This document shows positions 57,501-64,000 of a DNA stretch of 64,000 nt, one piece after another (position 1 is the stretch's first letter; the number at the start of each line of letters is the position of its first letter). The notes under the pieces are model-generated. The model saw only the letters and a list, made by a program, of their open reading frames with translations, was not told the origin of the DNA and did no database searches. Source of the stretch: Deinococcota bacterium (GTDB lineage Bacteria; Deinococcota; Deinococci; Deinococcales; Thermaceae); the NCBI GenBank assembly GCA_041695225.1, contig JBGFRI010000003.1:64001-128000 (forward strand). The letters run 5' to 3'. The position numbers and the translations under genes are program-made.

Positions 57501-58094
57501 CTAGCGGGTAAAGATAGCGGTAATCACTACCGTGACCACAATACCCAGAAATCCGACAATCAGGCCGATAGTCTGTAGCCGCAGAGCAGCCTGGACATCA
57601 TACAACCTGGTATCTACCCCCTTGATCTCGGTTCGGAGGTTGTTCTCCACCGTCTTGATCTCGGTTCGCAGGTTGGTTTCCACCTGGCCGATCCTGGTAT
57701 CCACCGCCTTGATCTCATTCCGCAGGTTGGTTTCCACCGTCTTGATCTCGGTTCGCAGGTTGGTCTCCACCTGGCCGATCCTGGTATCCAGTTTGCCATC
57801 CAGCTTGGTATCCAGTCTCCCGATCTCGGTCCGGAGGTCGCTGAAGCCCTGCCGCATATCATCCCGCAGGTTGGTCTCCACCTGGCCGATCCTGGTATCC
57901 AGTTTGCTATCCAGCTTGGTATCCAGTCTCCCGATCTCGGTCCGGAGGTCGCTGAAGCCCTGCCGCATATCATCCCGCAGGTTGGTCTCCACCTTCCCCA
58001 GATCAGCCCGCAATCCTACCAGCTGCTGACCTACAAACTCGTCGGCCTGCTCCAGTCGGTCTGCTTGCTTCTCTAGTTCCACAATCCTCTCCAT
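57501..58094 (-). CDS. Coiled-coil tandem-repeat protein with C-terminal TM anchor
   Basis: VETNLR.EI repeats including a near-exact 111-bp duplication; hydrophobic C-terminus. Confidence 0.85.
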   Translation of the reverse strand: MERIVELEKQADRLEQADEFVGQQLVGLRADLGKVETNLRDDMRQGFSDLRTEIGRLDTKLDSKLDTRIGQVETNLRDDMRQGFSDLRTEIGRLDTKLDGKLDTRIGQVETNLRTEIKTVETNLRNEIKAVDTRIGQVETNLRTEIKTVENNLRTEIKGVDTRLYDVQAALRLQTIGLIVGFLGIVVTVVITAIFTR

Positions 58095-58176
58095 CGCGCC
58101 CTCCTTTCAGTCTCCTCCGGGTGTCCCCCGAAGGAGACACCCGGCCCTGAAAGGCCCGGCCAGGTCAGTATAGCAC
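58095..58176 (-). promoter_or_regulatory. Conserved promoter and structured 5' leader, copy 2
   Basis: Near-identical to 30551-30630. Confidence 0.75.
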
Positions 58177-58218
58177 CCGATAGACACCCATCAGCTGCCC
58201 TTGTGAGAATGTGCGACT

Positions 58219-58746
58219 TCAGAAACGGCAACGCAGTATGAGCTGCTCCCCCGCCATTAGGGCTGATGGGCGGCAGGGGGGCGCCTGCCGCCAGACCCGG
58301 TTGAAACGCTCTATCTCTACCTCAAGATCGGCCCGCTTAGTAGAAACCCAGGTAGGCCTGGGGCTGAAGGACTCCCCGGCTACCAGGGGACCGCTGAGTA
58401 ACACCCGCGAGTCCAGCAACAACCGGGGCTCCAGTCGCACCACCTCTATCACCCGAACATGCAGCGGCCGCTCCGGGGCCAGGAAACTGAAAACAGCCCC
58501 ATAACTGGCTGGCTCATTGATGTGCTCCGCCTCCAGTAGTAGCAGAACCTGGACGCCCCGCTGTACTGCCGCCTGGTGCAACGCAGTAGCAATGGGCGGG
58601 CTGAACAATCCCGGGGCTACCAGAACGATCTGCCGCTGGGCCTGGCCAATAAGCCGCACCACTTCCTCAACGGTATTGACCGGCCGCACTTCCTGGGCCA
58701 GCACTGGCCCCAGCAGCCATAGCAGCAGCCAGCCCCAGCGTCTCAT
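58219..58746 (-). CDS. Exported PLD-fold-like protein lacking HKD
   Basis: Signal peptide; I..A...I.L..P.....IA.AL..AA..RGV.V pattern; coupled to the coupling-protein gene. Confidence 0.6.
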   Translation of the reverse strand: MRRWGWLLLWLLGPVLAQEVRPVNTVEEVVRLIGQAQRQIVLVAPGLFSPPIATALHQAAVQRGVQVLLLLEAEHINEPASYGAVFSFLAPERPLHVRVIEVVRLEPRLLLDSRVLLSGPLVAGESFSPRPTWVSTKRADLEVEIERFNRVWRQAPPCRPSALMAGEQLILRCRF

Positions 58747-60992
58747 GCCGACTGGGCCTCCCCTTCGTCAGCCCCGGTACGGTAGCTTACATAAGCCTCA
58801 GCCTCCCACAGGCTCAGCTCGGGCTTTCCCCAAGGGCATTTGCCGGGAACGATATAGTATAAACCACGCTTGGAGCGGATGTAGCCATACTGCAAAAACA
58901 GCTTCTTGGTTTCTTCCTCTGGCGGCGCGAGTTGAAGGGCCTGGTTAACAATAAAGCGGGTTACCCGGCCAGGCCGTCCTTCAGCCTGCACCATCACTCG
59001 CTCGGCTACCAGGCGTTGCATCCAGCTGGCAAACTGCTCACGTACTGCATCCTGGTCGACCAGCTGGCCTGCTGCAATTACCGGTTTCACGGGTGCAGCT
59101 TCCAGCTCTGGTACAACGGGCGTTTCCTTAGCGTCAGACAGTACCTTCTGCGCCGCAGCCAACCAGTCATTATGTATGGCCTGCTGGAGATGCTGATTTT
59201 TCCAGGCCAGCATACTTTCCCGGATCCAGGCGATGGGGTTACCCTCCTTTGCGGAAAACTCAATAGGGTAGCTCCGCAGTCGGATGGGGGGAAACCCGCG
59301 CAACACTGCGATCAGCTCCCCCAGCTCCATCCGCTGAAGCTCATCGATATTGATCAGGGCGGTGGTCTTCTCGCTTACGTTCAGGCTGCGGTTAACTTTC
59401 TTCATGAGGTCGTCGGGAACCTGAATCTCCCCCACGCTGTACTGTTCAATAGAGACCTCACCCAGGGTCTCTGACCAGAATTTGGCGTCATTCTGGGTAA
59501 AGGAGCCGGGCAGAATAATGGTGGTGCCGATGTTGTTATCCACCGTGGCCGCCCAGCCCATCTCCCCATAGATATTCATAGCCTGGCTACGGTTTTGCAG
59601 TGCCATGTGCAGGCTGATATTCCTCGAGCGCAGAGTAGCCAGGTCATCATTGAGGTTAGGCAGGAATCCAAACAGGGCAAACTCGTCGTAGTAGTAGTTG
59701 ATATGCACCGGCAGCCGGTCGCCGAGCCGCTCTGCCAGTGAGAGCATCCGTCCGTCCAGGTAGCGCTTGAAGAAACGCAGGATGGCCCGGCCCGACGAAC
59801 CACGGACATAAGACTCGGGCAGAACCAGATGAATCAGACCAGGGGTGATCAGAACCCGGTCCAGGTCTACCTCCCGGTCCCCGGGAGAAAAGGTCTCCAC
59901 CGCCGAGTCCATGCGGAAGATGGTCAGGTCTTCTACCAGACGGTTGATGGCGCCTGAGAAGATCTTCTTGTCGGTCTCCAGGGTGCTCCGGATCTCGTCG
60001 GCAGCCTGGCGACGGCCGGTAAACCAGTGGCGCACAGAGTCCATGCCCAGGTTGGCCACATTATAGACCTCACGAAAGTTGCGCATATCGCGGGGTCCCA
60101 GCGAAAGACCGTGAATGATTCCGGCCAGTAACAGACGGGCATTGGAGATGTACACCTTGGCCCCTGAATCCTCCGCAGCCTCAAGGTCGGGAGGATAGAT
60201 CAGGCGGGCGATGTCCAGAGCCTGGTCATACCCCCGCACCTCGGCCAGCACCGGAATCTGAATGCCGATCCCAGCCTCAAAAGGGCTGATGATAAGCATC
60301 TGGCGGCCAAAGGCGCGAAAGTAATCGCGCATGTCCAGATAGGAGTCATTGGGATTGGGGTACTTGGTGTCCAGCACCACCGCGATATTTCCTTCGGCGG
60401 CATCCAGCGCAATACGGGGCCGGAAGGAACCTACCGTCTTACCCCCACCAGTACCGGCATAGGTCAGGGAGTGAATGTCGTTGATGCGCTTAGTAGGGCG
60501 CAGGAAGTAGCGTCTTTTGGGGTTGGCGGGGTCAGTCCAGACCCCCAGGTAGCCGCTCAGGGTATGGCCGTCGGGGTTTCTGATGGCCGCGTTGATAATC
60601 TCTTTAGGGCTGCGTTTTTCTACTAAGGGACGAATATCGGCCTCACCAGCCCAGCGCTGGGACAGAGTGCGCCTGGGAGTATAGCGCTGAGGGCGTATGA
60701 CTACCCCCAGACCCAGGGCCAGCACCAGCACAAATACCGTGATGGTAGTGTTATCCAGGGTGTCCTGACCCAGAATCTGCGAACACTGGGTATGATTCAG
60801 ACAGCGCCAGTAAAACTGTCCTTTATCGGTAGCCTCCAGATACCGGCCCCAGCCGGCTTGCTCGAGCCTGATCCGCTGCCCCTCCATCTGGCGGTAGGTA
60901 TGGTAGGCCAGGCCGGCCATGGTCAGAATGACCCAGGCAATACCCAGGGCCAGCCGGGTCGGGTGAAGGCGCCGGAAAACTACTGTGCTCAC
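58743..60992 (-). CDS. VirD4/TraG-like type IV coupling protein
   Basis: Two N-terminal TMs, AGTGGGKT, LDTK, DEFA, LRSR...LQN.SQ...YG. Confidence 0.85.
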   Translation of the reverse strand: MSTVVFRRLHPTRLALGIAWVILTMAGLAYHTYRQMEGQRIRLEQAGWGRYLEATDKGQFYWRCLNHTQCSQILGQDTLDNTTITVFVLVLALGLGVVIRPQRYTPRRTLSQRWAGEADIRPLVEKRSPKEIINAAIRNPDGHTLSGYLGVWTDPANPKRRYFLRPTKRINDIHSLTYAGTGGGKTVGSFRPRIALDAAEGNIAVVLDTKYPNPNDSYLDMRDYFRAFGRQMLIISPFEAGIGIQIPVLAEVRGYDQALDIARLIYPPDLEAAEDSGAKVYISNARLLLAGIIHGLSLGPRDMRNFREVYNVANLGMDSVRHWFTGRRQAADEIRSTLETDKKIFSGAINRLVEDLTIFRMDSAVETFSPGDREVDLDRVLITPGLIHLVLPESYVRGSSGRAILRFFKRYLDGRMLSLAERLGDRLPVHINYYYDEFALFGFLPNLNDDLATLRSRNISLHMALQNRSQAMNIYGEMGWAATVDNNIGTTIILPGSFTQNDAKFWSETLGEVSIEQYSVGEIQVPDDLMKKVNRSLNVSEKTTALINIDELQRMELGELIAVLRGFPPIRLRSYPIEFSAKEGNPIAWIRESMLAWKNQHLQQAIHNDWLAAAQKVLSDAKETPVVPELEAAPVKPVIAAGQLVDQDAVREQFASWMQRLVAERVMVQAEGRPGRVTRFIVNQALQLAPPEEETKKLFLQYGYIRSKRGLYYIVPGKCPWGKPELSLWEAEAYVSYRTGADEGEAQSA

Positions 60993-61240
60993 TAAGCCTC
61001 CTTAACTGGCCTGGCCTTGACTGCTTGAAGCAGCAGGTTCTGTATCTCCCGCAGCTGCTCAGGGCCCTCAAATACCGCTTGCGGCAGAGCAATGACCAGC
61101 CCGGTCTCCCGGATCTCAATCACCAAAGGCTCCCCGTAATGGGCAGCCAGATCCAGCAACTCGGTGGCAAACTCCTGTAACATCTCAAGCGCCTGGGCCT
61201 CATCCATAGATCGAATATAGAGGAAAAAGCGAAACTGCAA
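60992..61240 (-). CDS. Small acidic hypothetical protein
   Basis: Stop abuts the coupling-protein start; start may be 61207. Confidence 0.55.
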   Translation of the reverse strand: MQFRFFLYIRSMDEAQALEMLQEFATELLDLAAHYGEPLVIEIRETGLVIALPQAVFEGPEQLREIQNLLLQAVKARPVKEA

Positions 61241-61442
61241 CCGGGAAAGATGAGAAGAGACCTGGTCAAAGCAATGCCAGCCTGCCTCCAGCTACCGACC
61301 CAGGGTCCAGGCCAGGCCGACCGGGGCCAGCAGACCCGCTGTTGGCAGGCTGGTTAGCAAGTAGCACCAGGCATACATGCTCTAATTGTAGGCAAGAGTG
61401 GGACGGCTGGCAGGCAAAAATGAGAAGACCGGGAAGAGCGAG

Positions 61443-61475
61443 TCTTACACCCATGGAATGGACATGGGTGTAAGA
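61443..61475. promoter_or_regulatory. 33-bp palindromic site, copy 3
   Basis: TCTTACACCCA-TGGAATGGACA-TGGGTGTAAGA. Confidence 0.75.
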
Positions 61476-61538
61476 AACCCCGGCAACTCCCCAGACAAAA
61501 ACAGCCCCACCGAAGTGGGGCCTTGTTACTTGTACCTG

Positions 61539-61649
61539 CTAGGCAAAGTTAATCGCAGCCACAATACCCACGGCGCCCAGCACTATAGCCAGGACGTGGT
61601 GGTTCAGGCTGGTCTGCGTCTGCAACCGGGTCTCCGATACTTTTTTCAT
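61539..61649 (-). CDS. 36-aa minimal homolog of the TM-anchored coiled-coil family (not in the ORF track)
   Basis: MKKVSETRLQTQTSLNHHVLAIVLGAVGIVAAINFA versus VQASLSQHTLAIALGAIGIV; same GGGCGCG-ATG start context and same terminator. Confidence 0.55.
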   Translation of the reverse strand: MKKVSETRLQTQTSLNHHVLAIVLGAVGIVAAINFA

Positions 61650-61656
61650 CGCGCCC

Positions 61657-62514
61657 CTAGAACCGCAGCTCGTTGAGCCTCCAAAAGGCCGGGGTGTCCC
61701 TCAGTTCTGGGTTTTGCTGGATAAGAGTCCAGGGCGTCTCACCCATAGCGGTACGAGCTCTGGGGTCGGCCCCCAACTCCAGCAGCTTCAGAACCACATC
61801 AGAGCTTCTTCCGAAGCGTGTTGCCAGGTGAAACGGCGTCCGACCATCCCGATCCCGTGTATTCACCTCTATACCCAGCCTGACCAGGGTCTCGATGACG
61901 GCAGGATTGGTGTTCCTGCTTGCAGCAAAGTGAAGCGGCGTCCAACCAAACGGATCCCGCGCACTCACCTCTGCACCCAGCCTGACCAGGGTCTCGATGG
62001 CGGCAGGATTGGTATTGCTGCTTGCAGCACGGTGAAGTGGTGTCTGACCAAACAGACGATCCCGCACATTCACCTCTGCACCCAGCCTGACCAGGGTCTC
62101 GATGATGGCGGGGTTGGCGTTGCGATGTGCAGCAAAGTAAAGCGGCGTCCAATCAGTCTGATCCCGCACATTCACCTCTGCACCCAGCCTGACCAGGGTC
62201 TCGATGATGGCGGGGTTGGTATTAGTGAGAGCGGCATAGTGAAGCGGTGTCCCACCACCCTGATCCCGGGCATTCACCTGGGCACCCAGTCGCACCAGGG
62301 TCTCGATGACGGCAGGGTTGGTATTAATGAGAGCAGCATAGTGAAGCGGTGTCCCACCACGCTGACTCCGCGCATTCACCTGGGCTCCGGTCTGAACGGC
62401 CTGCTCCAGACTGGCTGGAGTTGCGGTTCGCCAGAACTCGGGGGTCAGCAAAGGGTTAGCCAGGGCAGTGCCAGAGAAGAGAATGGTCAGTACGATAGGT
62501 AAAAGTGTCCTCAT
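61657..62514 (-). CDS. Secreted ankyrin-repeat protein
   Basis: Signal peptide; six TPLH.AA..N.NPA.IETLVRLGA-type repeats. Confidence 0.92.
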   Translation of the reverse strand: MRTLLPIVLTILFSGTALANPLLTPEFWRTATPASLEQAVQTGAQVNARSQRGGTPLHYAALINTNPAVIETLVRLGAQVNARDQGGGTPLHYAALTNTNPAIIETLVRLGAEVNVRDQTDWTPLYFAAHRNANPAIIETLVRLGAEVNVRDRLFGQTPLHRAASSNTNPAAIETLVRLGAEVSARDPFGWTPLHFAASRNTNPAVIETLVRLGIEVNTRDRDGRTPFHLATRFGRSSDVVLKLLELGADPRARTAMGETPWTLIQQNPELRDTPAFWRLNELRF

Positions 62515-62670
62515 CGGAGCCTCCTTGTAAACAAGCGAAATTGTAGCAGCATTGGCGGACTGTGGGATGGACTTTCAGGATGGTTCTCATGATTGATCTG
62601 TCAGGAAGGCCTACCCCACAAGTGCGCACAAGATACAAACAGCGAACTATTTGTGCTATCCTGATGGCAT

Positions 62671-63423
62671 ATGAACCTCCAAACCTCTCTAAAACTGACT
62701 GAAGTGCGTGGTCAGAAATCGAAAGCGAACTCTGAACTCGAGTGGGTGATCGGAGAGACCACCCGCCTCTGGCGCAAGGCTCACCTGGACTACGACCAGA
62801 CCAAGTATGTAGTCGAGCGGGTACGCCGGGCCCTGGAACTCACCCAGCCCTCCAACCGCCGGCGGACGGTGGAGCGCCTGAGCGCCCAGGAGATCGAGCA
62901 GCTGCTCGAGGCGGCCTACCGCCTGAACCAGAAGAAGCCGGTCTACGGTCTGATGCTCAAGACTCTGTTTTATACCGGGGCCCGGGTCAGCGAGTTTGTG
63001 AACCTCCGGGTGGAGGATGTATCCCTCGACGGCCAGGCTCCCCAGGCATACATCTCCAAGGCCAAGAAAGACTCGGTGCGCTACGTGCCTATCCTGACCG
63101 GCCTGGCCCAGGAGTTGCGGATGCACCTCGGAGGAAGGACCCGGGGCTACCTCTTTGAGAGCAACCGGCATAACCGCTACTCCCAGCGGGCTATCCAGAA
63201 GCTGATCCACCAGGCCGCACTGGCAGCAGGCATTAACAAAAGAGTCTACCCCCACCTGCTGCGCCACTCCATCGCCCAGATTCTGTTAGACCGGGGGATG
63301 CCGCAGGAGCAGTTGCAGAAATTCCTGGGCCACCTCAATCCCAAGACCACCCAGATCTACGCCGAAAGCTCTCTTGTCCAGGTGGCGGAGAGTTACTCGA
63401 GGGCGCTGGGGCGGAATGGTTGA
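62671..63423 (+). CDS. Tyrosine recombinase/integrase (short)
   Basis: TGARVSE, HLLRH, LGH, TTQIY. Confidence 0.9.
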   Translation: MNLQTSLKLTEVRGQKSKANSELEWVIGETTRLWRKAHLDYDQTKYVVERVRRALELTQPSNRRRTVERLSAQEIEQLLEAAYRLNQKKPVYGLMLKTLFYTGARVSEFVNLRVEDVSLDGQAPQAYISKAKKDSVRYVPILTGLAQELRMHLGGRTRGYLFESNRHNRYSQRAIQKLIHQAALAAGINKRVYPHLLRHSIAQILLDRGMPQEQLQKFLGHLNPKTTQIYAESSLVQVAESYSRALGRNG

Positions 63424-63620
63424 TCCAACTAACGAGAAGGAGACCGCAATGAAAACCTGCTACTGCCATACCTGCAAGCGCCATTTTCACTACCTGGGCA
63501 TTAATCGCCACAGAGCGATGCACCGGGATCGCCGGGAGTTATGTACAATCACCTACACAACCGGCAACACACTCACGTTCGACTGGCGGCCTGAAAGGCC
63601 CGGCCAGGCCGGTGCTTCTG

Positions 63621-64000
63621 CTAAAACCGTATCTCGCTGAGCCGCCGAAAGGCCGGGGTGTTTTGCAGTGTCTGATTCCGTTGAATCAGATCCCAGGCGG
63701 TGCTGCCCGCCGAGGTACGCACTCTGGGGTCGGCCCCCAGCTCCAGCAGTGTCACGGGAATGGCCGAAGTAGTGCTTTTGGCTGCCGCATAGTGCAGGGG
63801 GGTCATTCCTCGCTGATTCCGCGCATTTATCTCGGCCCCCCGCCGAACCAGAGCCTCAATGATGGCGGGGGTAGCGCTTAAGCCCGCAGCAAAATGAAGG
63901 GGTGTCGAACCCACTGGAGTCCGTGCATTCACCTGAGCACCCAGCCGAACCAGGGCCTCGATAATTGCTGGGTTGGTACTGATGGCCGCAGCAAAGTGCA
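63621..64000 (-). CDS. Second ankyrin-repeat protein (5' end outside the window)
   Basis: TPLH repeats; C-terminus TPAFRRLSEIRF homologous to 61657..62514. Confidence 0.88.
   Translation of the reverse strand, partial: HFAAAISTNPAIIEALVRLGAQVNARTPVGSTPLHFAAGLSATPAIIEALVRRGAEINARNQRGMTPLHYAAAKSTTSAIPVTLLELGADPRVRTSAGSTAWDLIQRNQTLQNTPAFRRLSEIRF

Noticed and set aside
57530..58030. Tandem repeats as a possible array
   Set aside because: In-frame coding repeats of the coiled-coil protein; the ankyrin repeats at 61850-62390 were rejected for the same reason.

Overview
About 61% GC window from a large, probably conjugative plasmid of a Deinococcus-Thermus host. A Meiothermus-like host is my inference from the SlpA-like, DdrB-like and NurA-like genes and abundant CTCGAG. 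The backbone comprises a Rep_3-type initiator with iterons, parA/parB, a VirD4-like coupling protein and tyrosine recombinases. The cargo is dominated by DNA metabolism and defence/counter-defence genes: a cas-less type I-E-like CRISPR array between a RuvC-like gene and a RecD2 helicase, an AcrVA2-like gene, a stand-alone tandem Csx16-like ring-nuclease candidate, a type ISP R-M enzyme, two DNA methyltransferases, three small RuvC-like proteins and an orphan HypX. The most striking unexplained structure has three parts. (i) Eight divergent ~400-aa paralogs of a family I cannot assign. (ii) Eighteen copies of a fixed promoter/leader motif, TATAxT-N7-GATAGGAG(G), heading all eight paralogs and several candidate anti-defence genes. 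(iii) A ~580-nt ORF-free, densely structured candidate ncRNA with its own promoter. All calls are from motif recognition by eye; no searches were run.
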